Made by a program: the position numbers and the translations under genes
In this document: positions 12,538-24,064 of the stretch, piece after piece
How positions within the stretch are numbered: the first letter of the stretch is position 1
How the letters are laid out: every line of letters begins with the position of its first letter
NCBI GenBank assembly: GCA_964016885.1
Contig: OZ024741.1
Span: 350,548,001-350,612,000 of the forward strand
Length of the DNA: 64,000 nt
From: Eledone cirrhosa
Lineage: Eukaryota
Direction of reading: 5' to 3'
The notes under the pieces: generated by a model
Told to the model about the DNA's origin: nothing
The model's input: the letters and a program-made list of their open reading frames with translations, nothing else
The model's database searches: none

Positions 12538-13358
12538 CACAGACACACATATATATATATATATTCACACACACATACATATATATATGATTGCTGCTTT
12601 TTGTCAAATGATAGCCATCTCAAACATTCACCATCAGTATCTTTCCAGTCATGTGAAAGACATATACCAGCATGGCAAGACCATGACAAAACTCTAAAGT
12701 GCGTGTGCATATGTGGTGAAATATTTTAATTAAAATTTACATGTGTGATGAGCAGTTGGGTAATATTGTACTGATGAAGACCTTGAGTCTATCATCTGTG
12801 AAACATGTGTCATATTCGATAATGAATAACATTTTACATATTGTAAACACTCTGCTGACTAGAATCATATAATACAGTGCTTCAGTTTATGAACTATGAG
12901 ACAGTGAACATAAGAAAATTAACAACTTTTCCATCTTAAAGTATATACTTTCTCCTAAATATTATATGCTTTATATATATGTACAAAATACTATATTTTC
13001 TCTAATGATATATGGCCCTTTCTCTCTATATACATATATCTTTTAATTTGAATTTTATATATATATATGAGAGAGAGAGAGATGATGAGGATATACATGT
13101 GTGTATAATATATATATATCACTGCATAAAATCACAATATGTAGATGTAGTGGTACACATTAAGGTCTGCAACCAAGCTAGTGATTGAAAACATAGGTCT
13201 GCTGGACTAGCTGTGACCAAAGCTGCTAACATATCAACAACTCTGGACACTTGACAAAGTAGCTACAATATAAGTAGTTTTCAGTTTTCTAGTATTGTCC
13301 GGTGACTAATTAACCTTTATATTTTATTTTACTTACCTTATCTATGTTCTCTCTTTAG

Positions 13359-13508
13359 ATGTCGAGCGGGTATTTGACCGTCAGCACTCAACCACTGAAT
13401 ACCTACCTGATATGATCAACTCAGAATCTCCATCCGGACTGTTGCCAAAATTTTCATCCTGGTCACTGTGTGCACTGGGTAAGACCAGTTCCTATGTCCA
13501 CTCTCAGG
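13359..13508 (+). CDS. SMG8: SMG8 exon h
   Basis: ctttag|AT...CAGG|gtgagt; DRQHSTTEYLPDMINSESPSGLLPKFSSWSLCALG. Confidence 0.94.
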
Positions 13509-13949
13509 GTGAGTAATTAAGATTCTTTTGTTTTTTTATTTTATTTGCTGTATATTGCATTTTATTTATATTTTCATTTATGTTTTGGTGTATGTATGTG
13601 TGTATACACAGCATGGCCAAATGGTTAAGAAGCTTGCTTTGCAATCATTAGGTATCAGGTATGGTTCCACCATGTGGCATCGTGGGCAAGTGTCATTTAC
13701 TATAGCCTCATGTCAACCGATGCCTTGGAAGTGAAATTTGATTGACAGAAACTGGATTATAGATACCCTCATCCCACCCCATCCTGCCTTTTGTCTGTCT
13801 CAAGACTCTGAAAGGGGTCATGAGTGTTGCCCTTTTTTTCATTCCTTGACTAAAAAAGAAAAAAAAAAAGAAATATGGTTCTAGATAAAATGTATTTTAA
13901 AAAACCAAACCCAAAGTTCTTAATTTATGTCCATCTTTTAATCTGTTAG

Positions 13950-14084
13950 GTTTGGATCTTCCTGGTTTCTTCCATGGCAGTAATTTTCTGCTGCCCTGGG
14001 AAATCTCATTACGTATGGAGAAAGACAAATGGCCTGGACTTGGAGAAGCAAACAAAAAGACAAAACAGAAGAGGATTCAAAAAG
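13950..14084 (+). CDS. SMG8: SMG8 exon i
   Basis: gttag|GT...AAAG|gtaatt; GLDLPGFFHGSNFLLPWEI...KWPG. Confidence 0.92.
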
Positions 14085-14379
14085 GTAATTGATATTTTCA
14101 GAACTTTGTATTTACTGTTTGAAAACCATTTAAATAATTTTTTTCTTCAATAGAATTTTGTTTAGTTGGTTAATATACCTCTACCTCTGGTGGTGGTTTT
14201 GTTTTTTTGTTGTTTAGCCCAGTGATGCACTAGGAGGGCCATGTAGCTCAGAAGTAGGCCACAGCAACATTTGTTTATTTAGGAAAAAGTGTTGTTTGCA
14301 TATTGATCGCACGTTTTTCCCAATAATGCTATTTATTTATTTATTTATACTTTCATTTGATTTTTGATTCCCAGCCTCT

Positions 14380-15320
14380 TTTGATGTATATGAGATGCAT
14401 CTGGGAGTGATGATTAATCTCTCAGAGGCTGAAATTACAAGTGCAATTAAAGAGGTCAAATGTGGAAAGGCTGCTGGGAGGGTGAAATTCATCCTGAGAT
14501 GTTAAAGCCTTAAATAGAGAAAGTATTTTCTGACTACTTGTGTGTGCCAGGTGGCCTGGATCTCTGGAAAGGCACCTAAGCATTCAGGAGTGATAATCCC
14601 AATTTTCAAAAAGGGAGACAAGAGAGATTAATCCAATTATAGAGGGATCTCCTTGTTAAGCCTCCCTGGTAAAGTCTATGCTAAGTGTTTGGCAAAGAGA
14701 TGTAGGGATATTGTCGAGTCCAAGCTAGCTGATGAATAGTGGCTTTTGCCCCAGAACTTCTCGATATGACCAAATAATCTACATAGAGAAGTTCCCATGG
14801 GCAGCTGGCTTTAAACTCCCCTGTTATTGTTTGGAGGACTATAATGAATAGTAGTGGGGTAAGAACTGAACCTTGATGAACTCCTACTTGTACCTTGAAT
14901 TCCTTACTAACTCATTTCCTTCTCTCACTTTGCTGGCAGCTCCTCTAACCATTCTTCTAGACCTAATTTCCTTAAGAACCACCAGATAATAGATTGGGGT
15001 ACTCTTTCAAACGCTTTTTCTAGATCAATGAAAGCTTATTTTTGGCTAAGAACTTCTCTTAGAGTCGAGTCACTAAAAAAGGGCATCTGTAGTACTTTTC
15101 CTAGGAATGAATGCATCTCGTGTTATTTGACTCATTCCCTAATTAGTTACGCAATAACTTTTGCCATCACTTTCATAACTTGGTCCATTAGTTTTATTCC
15201 TCTATAGTTGCTTCTCTCTAGAACATCACCTTTGCCCTTGTAGCAATTTACGATTGTACAGCTGCGCCAATGATTGGATATGACACCGTCATGTATTACC
15301 TGATTGACTATGTGGGTTCT
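14380..15320. mobile_element. Adjacent degraded RTE fragments (Expander-like on +, 14380-14750; RTE RT on -, 14780-15320)
   Basis: + strand: GKAAG..EI.PEMLK...FKKGDKRD..NYRGISLLSLPGKVYAK. - strand: YKGKGDVLERSNYRGIKLMDQVMKV. Confidence 0.75.
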
Positions 15321-15471
15321 TCATCTCTTTGATTGCTTCTTTGACCCTATATATACTTACACAATATTCATTTTGCATCTCCTTTCTTCACTGGAATTGG
15401 TTGGACAGGTCATGGTCTGACTAGATGAGTCAGAGCATTTTTTGTGATACCAATATTATTGTCTCTTTCAG

Positions 15472-15593
15472 AGTCAGGTGAAGTGAATATTCGTGTATAT
15501 ATTGGAATTGAATACGAATGTCCACGAGGTCACAGATTTTTCAGCAGTGGACCGGACAAATTGGTTAAAGTGTCCAATTCCAGTAATGTTAAG
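15472..15593 (+). CDS. SMG8: SMG8 exon j
   Basis: tttcag|AG...AAG|gtaaat; RVYIGIEYECPRGHRFFSSGPDKLVKV. Confidence 0.94.
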
Positions 15594-17222
15594 GTAAATG
15601 TATTTCTATCACAGTTGCTATTGTTGTTATTTAACCCTGATTGAGTAAATCTATAATCAAAAGCATTCCAGTTGTGACTATCCTCAGTAATGTAGCTTTG
15701 GCAATGGGATGGTCCACCACTGGACAACACTTTATGAGGGTGGCATTTTTAGGTCTGTTTAAGGGTCATGTAGATGGAGAAGGTATGGCAAACTCAAAGA
15801 CTGCACAGATTTTAGCTATGCCACTGATTATCCCATCCTTTTAGTAACCTCTAAAATTATATTATCTAACATGTAACTTTTCTCTAGCAGTTTGACAATC
15901 ATGAAGAGGCCTTTTCATGTGTAGTGTATACCAGTTGAATAAATAGTAAAATAGTTCACCTGCAATGATCAACTTCATTTATTCAGTTCACTCTATAAAG
16001 TGAGACTGCTGATGCTATGATAAAATGCAAACCATGAAGTGGTTGGCATTAGGAAGGGCATTCAGCCATAGAAACCATGTGAAAATGGAATGTATGAGGT
16101 TTGTCCCAAAAGTAAGAGTACTGATGTTGTATTTAAATGATATGATATAGAAAAAGAAAGATACAGGCTTATAAGTTTACATTTTATTTTGTGTATGAGG
16201 GCGGTGGATTGGCAGTTATCGGTAGAGGGTCGGACGCCTTGCTTTGCAGCACAGTTACGTCCCTTTACGGATTGAGTTCAAATCCTGCCGAGGTTAACTT
16301 TGCCTTTCATCCTTACGGGGTCGATAAAATAAAGTACCAGTAATACACTGGGATAATTGCTGGCCTTGTGCTAAAAGTAGAAACAATTATATTTTGTGTA
16401 TATATATATATATCCATATATATCCTTTGAGGGTTGGTAAATAAAGTACTAGGCTAGGATTGTGGACTGGTGGAATCATTAGAGCATTAGATGGGACACC
16501 ATATAGTATTTGTTCCAGCTTTTTTGCGTTCTAAGTTCAAATCCTACTGTGGCTTACTTTTGGAGATAATCTGTTTCCAGATTAACACTATCACAAAGCC
16601 CTTGGATGCCTTTAGTGAAGTCAATTCTGTTTAAAGCAAGTGCCATGGGTACTGCTTGTTTTCCATACATGTAAAGATTCTACCGTTTTGTATTTCATCC
16701 ATATGATGTCCCCTAACTGTTGCAATAAAAGAAATGATCATTCTTATGGTGGATTGGCAGTATCGGTAGAGCATTGGGCACCATGCTTTGCAGCATAGCG
16801 TTATGGCCCTTTACGTTCTGAGTTCAAATCCTGTCGCGGTTAGCTTTGCCTTTCATCCTTACAGGGTCGATAAAATAAAGCACCAGTAATGCACTGGGGT
16901 TGATTTAATCGACTTTCCCCTTCCTCCAAATTGCTGGCCTTGTGCCTATAGTAGAAATCATTATTACTGTTGTTATTAGAATCATTAGTGTCCAGACAAA
17001 ATGCCTTGGAGTATTTGTTCTAACTCTTTACATTCTGAGATCAAATGTTTCTGAGGTCAACTTAGCTTTTCATCCTTCAAGGATCAATAAGATAAAGTAC
17101 CAGTCAAGTATTAGAGTTGATATAATTGATTTTCTATTGCCCCCAAATTGCTGGCCTTGTGTCTAAATTAGAAGCATTGTTATTTTTAATGTTCATTATC
17201 AATATTTGTCTTTATTATTCAG

Positions 17223-17281
17223 GACAATGCACATAAGCTGTTAACATCAGACATGCCGTTGTTTTGCTCATGCCCTTGTCG
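17223..17281 (+). CDS. SMG8: SMG8 exon k
   Basis: attcag|GAC...TGTCG|gtaagg; DNAHKLLTSDMPLFCSCPC(R). Confidence 0.9.
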
Positions 17282-17599
17282 GTAAGGAAACACATTTATG
17301 TATACCATTGTATTGCTTTCTGTTTATCTGTTGTACCTGTAAAAGGCAGTGTATTTCAACCTTTCCTCCTCGCAACTATATGTATTTCACCGTTTACCCA
17401 CTTTTTCAAATGCAAATCAAAACAAAAAAGTTCATAGTCAACACAGGAACAAAAAAAAAGATAGAACAAAATTATTATTAAGGTTTTTGTATTATAGAAA
17501 TAGTCTAACCCATACTAGCGTGGAAAATGGATGTTAAATGATGATGATGAATTAATAATTAATTTTCATGTATGATGTATTTACGCCCTCCTAGTGAAG

Positions 17600-17880
17600 A
17601 TGCCTGACCTAGTGGTTAGAGTGTTGGATTTACAATCATAATGTCATCGGTTCGATTCCTGGACTGGGTTGTGTGTTGTGTTCATGAGCAAAACACTTTA
17701 CTTCACATTGCTCCAGTATATTCAGCTGAAAAGGAGTACCAGCTGTAGCTGGGAGTTTAACCTTGCGATGGATTAGCATCCTGTCTGGTGGCGAGGAGAC
17801 GGTGTCATACTTTTGTTGCTTAACCCCAAAGAAACCGGGATAAGCACTGGCCTCATGAGCCTCCTGGTAGATTTTAGACT
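17600..17880 (+). mobile_element. tRNA-derived SINE, third family
   Basis: CCTAGTGGTT...GGTTCGATTCC head and a body with AACC(T)TGCGATG...CCTGTC. Second copy at about 34013-34250. Confidence 0.7.
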
Positions 17881-19289
17881 TTTTTTTTATATGTAAGTTT
17901 TACTCCCACTCTTGTTGAGAAAGCAAATTTACCCCTCCACCACTTCTTAAGAATTGCTGCTCTATGGTATCGTTGACCACTGCTGAAAGCAGAAGGTGCA
18001 TAATTGGTGTAGGTTTTAATTAGCTTGCTCTGCTGAAAGTCCTTTGTGAGTGTTGTTTAGCTGAAGATGGGCTCATGCCAGATTTACTACATACTGCTGT
18101 GATAAATGTACCCCCCTCCCTCATCCTTCACAACTGTAATGGATTACAAAACTCAACATTTCTCTTCTCTATCTTTACTGCTTTCTCATTTCCAACCATC
18201 AATCATTATTCTCATGATAACAAGCCAACATGGTTGCATAACTTACTAGAATTAGCATCTAAATGTCCCCTCAAATCACACCCTATTGTCTTACAAAAAA
18301 ACTCGTTGGATAACTTATGATCGTGGATACCTTGCACTTAGGTAAAAGATGAGAAGTATGGCTGGAATACCTTTAGTCATAGACTTGCTCGGTCAGGGCT
18401 GATCCAGGGTTAAACAGTAAAAACAACAATCCTATGTATAATGTGATGTGTATGTGAATGTGGGTTGGGGATGGCCACTTAACCCTTCCATTACTATATT
18501 TCTAATGAAAAACATTATTTATGATTTTCAAATATTAAAAATAACCAAGAATTTGAAGTGATTTACTAATATAATTAATGTTCTCTTTATTAAGCTGGTG
18601 TTTGGAATATAGCTTAGCAAAGATTTTATATAAAATTATGATGGAGAGTTTTTAGATAAATATGCACATTTTAAACAAGAAGTTTTGTATCAACTTGTCT
18701 AACCCATGTTAGCATGAAAAATGGACGTTAAACGATGATGGTATGATGCAAAATTAAGTATGTGTGTGTTGATGTAGAAGGTGTGAAGCATAAAAAGAAG
18801 GAAAGACATCAAGGAGAACATCATGAACAACACCACATCATTTAAATGGTATACATAATTTCAATAACAAATATAAATACTTCTTCAAAACATAATGATT
18901 TCATGCCAGAGAATGAGTGATGTTCAAAGTGTTTGTACAAATATATGCGGTTGTGTATATGCTTGTGTATGTGTGCAGTCAGCATTTTTGATCTGAGATG
19001 ATGACATTGCATGATTGACATTGCTCCCATCGAAATATTGATGTGCCATCTGATCCTTAGACTTCCAATCCTCTGCCTATCCTTGAGAGGAACCATGCAT
19101 GACGGCTTCTATTGAGTAGTAAACACTTGAAACTACTGTGGTTAACAATATGAAAAAGATCTATAAGCATGTTTGTTTGTTTTGTCACGGTCCACTAGTC
19201 GATACCAGATTTTTGTAGTGATGGGGGTGCAATGAAAAAACAAATCAAAAGTTCTTGGTTACAAACTGAGATAGAAACCTGTTACTTGT

Positions 19290-20480
19290 ATCATCATCAT
19301 CATACGTCCGCTTTTCCCTGCTTGCAATTGTGGGACAGGTCTTATTCAGCACAGCATCTCTCCACTTGTCACGGTCCTTCGACCGTGAGTTTCAGCGATC
19401 TGAGGTCTGCTCTCACCACCTCCGCTCATTTTTTCGTGGTCTACCTCTACCACGTCTTCCTTCAACTGGCATTTCCTGGCACTTCTTCACCCATCGGTCA
19501 TCCTCCATGCGCATCACATGTCCATACCATCGCAGTCTCTTCTCCCACACACAACAATTTATCCCTCTCAGACACAGTTTCTCTCTCAACACATCCATGC
19601 TCGGCCGTTCTCGCACATTGACATTGTTCATCCAACGGAGCATGTTTGTCTCATTTCTCTCCAGCCATCGCATATCCTCTGCAGTTGCTGCCCATGTCTC
19701 ACTACCATGCAGCATCGTGATCCTCACACAGACATCATATAACCAGCCTTTCGTACGCAGGGAAAAACCCTTCTTCGTTAGCAGAGGAAGCAGCTCCCTA
19801 AACTTCTTCCAACCTGTCCTTATTCTAGATACTATGGCCTTGGAACATCCCCCTCCCATGCTAATCTGATCTCCTAGGTACCAGAATGTATCAACTATTT
19901 CTATAGCACCCACCTGCATTTGAAAAATGTGTCTATCAATGCAACTTCTACTGTCTAATTTCCCTATACATCTACTGCATACATATTTCTCCCTACCTGT
20001 TAGTTTGCCTGCTATCCCACTACATCTTTTGTGTACCCAAGATCTGCACTGTGTGCATTTTATAGAATTTATGCCAGTTCCTTTTCTGCATTTCGAACAT
20101 GGCCGTTTCCTTGACGGAATCAACACTTTTGTCTTAGCTAGGTTCACTCTCAGTCCTCTTGATTCCAACTGTTGTTTCCATAGCCAGAATTTATTCTCTA
20201 GCTCCTCTACTGATTCTGCTATAAGAACCAGATCGTCAGGATAGAGAAGTTCCCATGGATAGCCAGTCTTAAACTCCTCTGTTATGGCTTGGAGGACTAT
20301 AATGAACAAGAGCGGGCTGATGACCGAACCCTGATGTACTCCTACTTGTATCTGGAATTCCTCACTAAACTCCATTCCTACTATCACTTTACTGACAGCA
20401 CCTCTGTACAAAGTTTGCACTGTCCTCACAAGCCGTTCCTCAACACCTAGTTTGCTTAGGGACCACCAGATGACAGATCA
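19290..20480 (-). mobile_element. RTE LINE family B, 5'-truncated
   Basis: ORF 19413..20429: GVHQGSVISPLLF, LLYPDDLVL, C-rich finger, HGSETW, RGRGRPRK; (GAT)n tail. Confidence 0.92.
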
Positions 20481-20487
20481 GGGTACC

Positions 20488-20914
20488 GATCGTACGTGTA
20501 GCAGCAAGACTCAGTGCCCTGCCATACCAGCCAAAAGGCCCAAGCCTGGCTGTCAGAGAACTTCGTCGACCACACTTCACCTGACATCTGACCTCCCAGC
20601 TCGCCTGACTGCAACCCCCTCGACTTCTTTGTGTGGGGCGCAGTGGAACAAGACACCAACAAATCTAGCTGCAATACGAAAGACAATTTGAAGGCCAGGA
20701 TCACAAGTGCCTAAGTCGGGGGACAGTGACGAAGGCATGTAGCCGGTTCCGAGGCCGTCATCAAAGCCAATGGTGGGTTTATCGAGTAAGATCGAAAGAA
20801 CAAGTCATGAAGACAAACTGACCCAAGTTTGATAAATATATCTTCAAAAATAAAACTACTGTGTTATTTTTTCCTAGACAGTAATCTTGCGAACAAATAT
20901 CGTCCACACCCTGT
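20488..20914 (+). mobile_element. Tc1/mariner-superfamily (maT/DD37D-like) transposase 3' fragment with TIR
   Basis: QQDS.PCHTS....WLSENF.....DI*PPSSPDCNPLDFFVWG; ends CACACCCTG-TA. Confidence 0.75.
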
Positions 20915-21672
20915 ATATATGTGTATGCTATATATATATATATTATATATATCTATAAAAGTTAGTCTTTAATCTAACATAGTAGATTTTTACAACAATC
21001 TGTCCAGTAAGTAGAGACACTAAGTATTTGAATTAACAAACTCACTTTTTTTTCTTTAGACATTTTGTGCTAAATCATTATAGGACATTCAAAGTAAATA
21101 TGTTAACTTTATTCAACATTGAGCTGAATTAATATATTTTAGGGAATTTTATCTAATTTATAGTTTGATCAATTTAATTAGTAAGATGTGTTGTTTATTT
21201 GTAAAATCCCATTTTTGTATTATATGAGTCAAATTATTTTTATTGCTATTTCCTTTCTTTTTTTTCCACTATTAATAGTTGCCACAAAAATGTCATCTAA
21301 ACATTTTAACTGTATTCGGTCAAATTCTTACTGTCTTGCTATTCATACTCTGTACATAAAAACATAAGTAGATGTGGCATCCATATATTTCGACATTTAT
21401 TATATGTCAAGGAAATTATAATGTGTTTGTTGTATAACTTGTGGTGATTAGGAATTTAGACTTTAACATGTAACTATGTTGTGCTACAATTGTTTGAATG
21501 TTGATTCTTGGATCATAACCTTTGACTCATTGTGTGACTTGTGCAAGCTGTGTTAGTATTTTCCTCATCACATCTTTTTTTCTTTGGCATTTTAATAGTT
21601 CCTGTTTTAGATCTTTTGATACCAAACCACCTGAAAGTATTTCTGGTCCTACAGTTTAAAAAAACTGCTTGT

Positions 21673-22087
21673 TATAACCCTTTAGTATTTACACTACTCT
21701 ATATTTACTATTACATTTTCACATAATTATCTCACATGATATCGAATCTACGAGATTTTGATATTATTTATTTTGAGAACAATACCTTAACATCACTATG
21801 AGTGGCCAGTTACAGCCAGTTTGAACAGAAAGAGGTGGGAGAATTCTGGCTGGATACGGCCGGTTTAACCCTTTCCTTTAGCATTTGAACCGGCTGTATT
21901 CTCTCACCCTTTTCTGTTCAAACCGACCATAACTGGCCACTCATACTGATGTTAGGGTATTGTTATCAAAAGATATAATATGAAATCTGAAGGATTCGAT
22001 ATTATGTGAGATAAAGTGTTTACTGTGAAAATGCAATAGTATATATAGAGTAATGTAAATGCTAAGGGTTAAGTGCTAAAGAGTTAA
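21673..22087. mobile_element. Nested, inverted pair of family A MITEs
   Basis: A reverse copy is inserted at the TTAA inside the right TIR of a forward copy; TTAA is duplicated at about 21865 and 22069. Confidence 0.8.
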
Positions 22088-22659
22088 AGTGCTTAAATTT
22101 ATCTAAAATCCTACATGGTAATTTTATGTAAAAGCCTTTTTAAGGTTATATTACTAAATCCCTCCAAATTCTTAGTTATTTTCAAAAGTATTTAAAAACT
22201 ACTGGTAGTGTATTTTATTAGAAATATGTTGTATGTATTCCAGCTTTTAGCATAGTTATACTTTATTCTTGCATGTCATAAGAGGTGACTGAAAGGGTTG
22301 GTGTCAGGAAATGCATCCGGCTGTAAAATATTTACTCAAACAGTACCTCCTTGTAACACTGACATCCAGTTCCGCACTGTAAATATGGTTGTAGCTCCCA
22401 AACTATTGGCTCTGCTGTGAGCAAGGTCCTGCGCAGCCCACTGGCCTATCCCTCTTCATAACGGTGCCATCCAGCCCTACACTGTAAATGTGGTTGGTGT
22501 TAGGAAGGATCGAGCTGTAAAAATCTCGCCAAATGAGCAAGGTACGGCGCAACCAATCTGGCCAGACTTGTCTCATGACGTGGACGACCCGTCTAATCCA
22601 TGTAAGCATGGAAAATGGACGTTAAATGATGATATATATATATATATATTTATATATAT

Positions 22660-23760
22660 AAACTCCAGGCTTAGGCATAACTGTTAGCTGTATCATGCCT
22701 CTACTGGCACGTAAATAAATCCCTCATGTGTGAATTAATAATATACGTTTGGTATAGACGACGGCCTGTCGAAATTGTAGACTTCCCGCTAGCGCTCCTG
22801 GGGCCTAAGGTAGCTACATTCCTAGAGTACTCTGAAAAATTAATTTCCATTTCTTTCGCTGGACGATACCACTCGAAACTGGCTGACTAGTGGTTAGTGG
22901 GTGCTGGCTGGGATTCACAATCAAAATCTTTACTCTATATCCCATCCTGATATCTTATCGAGATTAACTTTTCATTATAAGACTCTCTCTGTAAGTTCAT
23001 TATATAAATCTCGCCACCTTAACCTTTAATTTTCTAATAATATATTTTTCAATTTATCATTTTGCAATTTAATATTTTTTTATTTAATTTCATCATATAA
23101 CTCGTATCATAAGTTTAAGTTTTAACGTTACAATTTTTGGTTCACACATTAGACCATACAGACACCCATTATATATGCCTTCGTTAAATATAGATTCTTT
23201 GGATTAGCATTTTTCGCGGCGTTTTCTAGCATGACTGTAGTGTGACCCTTATGCTGACTTCTTTATTCCTCTTTTCTTCTTTCTTCCTTTCTCTCTTTCT
23301 TCCCCTTTTTCTTTGACGGAGAGGTGGTAGTGCATTATAAGCATTTCCCCCCCCCCCCCCTCACCAGATGGTCATTAGTAGTTCGAGTTGCCATCACTTT
23401 GAGGGCGACTGGCTGAGGTGAAAGCAGCTAGTTGGTCAGTCGCCCTCTTTGTCTCTGTCTCTGATTTTTCGGACCCAAGGTTTTTTACATATTCCTTTGT
23501 TATATTCCAATACCTGATGATATCACCGGATTCATATGGAACCCAGTCATTGAAATGATCATAGTATAATAAACCTTTCAAGGATTTACACCAGTCCACC
23601 TCCTGTTATTTTATTTATAATTAACTCCGTATTCGCAACACCAACTACACAAACGAAGACGGGTGAACTGCACTACGTTGAGTACTCTACACAATATTAC
23701 ACCAAGATTGACCATACGGAATGACCAATTCTATCCAGTGGTGAACCAACAAACCTAAAG
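22660..23760 (+). mobile_element. (TA)n-flanked non-coding repeat carrying a hammerhead motif (putative PLE pLTR or retrozyme-like element)
   Basis: The 3' part (about 23480-23757) is homologous, inverted, to 52033-52305. CTGATGA...GAAAT-NNNN-ATA is present in both copies. Confidence 0.55.
23510..23567 (+). ncRNA. Minimal type I hammerhead ribozyme motif
   Basis: ATAC-CTGATGA-(imperfect stem II)-GAAA-T-GATC-A-TA|GTAT: 4-bp stem I, palindromic loop III and an AUA triplet. Confidence 0.55.
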
Positions 23761-23881
23761 TATATATATATATATAATTTTTGTATTATTTTAAATAATT
23801 AAAATTTCGCTATTTATTTAATCAGACTAAAATCTATATATCTCTCTCTCATCTTATTTTCATCCTCTGTCTCTATTTCAG

Positions 23882-24064
23882 CAGTACCAAAGGTTACATG
23901 GCTCAACTGATGCGTCTCTATGCTGCACCCCCTGAGTGTCCTATTGCAGTGACCCTCAACCCAGTAGTGCAGCCAGCTCATCCACACCATGCTCCAAACT
24001 TCTACCCTAGCAATGATGACCCTATCAAGCTACCACCTGGTAACATTTGGGTGCTCCGTTTACC
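23882..24064 (+). CDS. SMG8: SMG8 exon l (NAGNAG acceptor; U12-type donor)
   Basis: ttcag|CAG...TTACC|gtatcctttt; YMAQLMRLY...VTLNPVVQP...LPPGNIWVLRLP. Confidence 0.9.
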
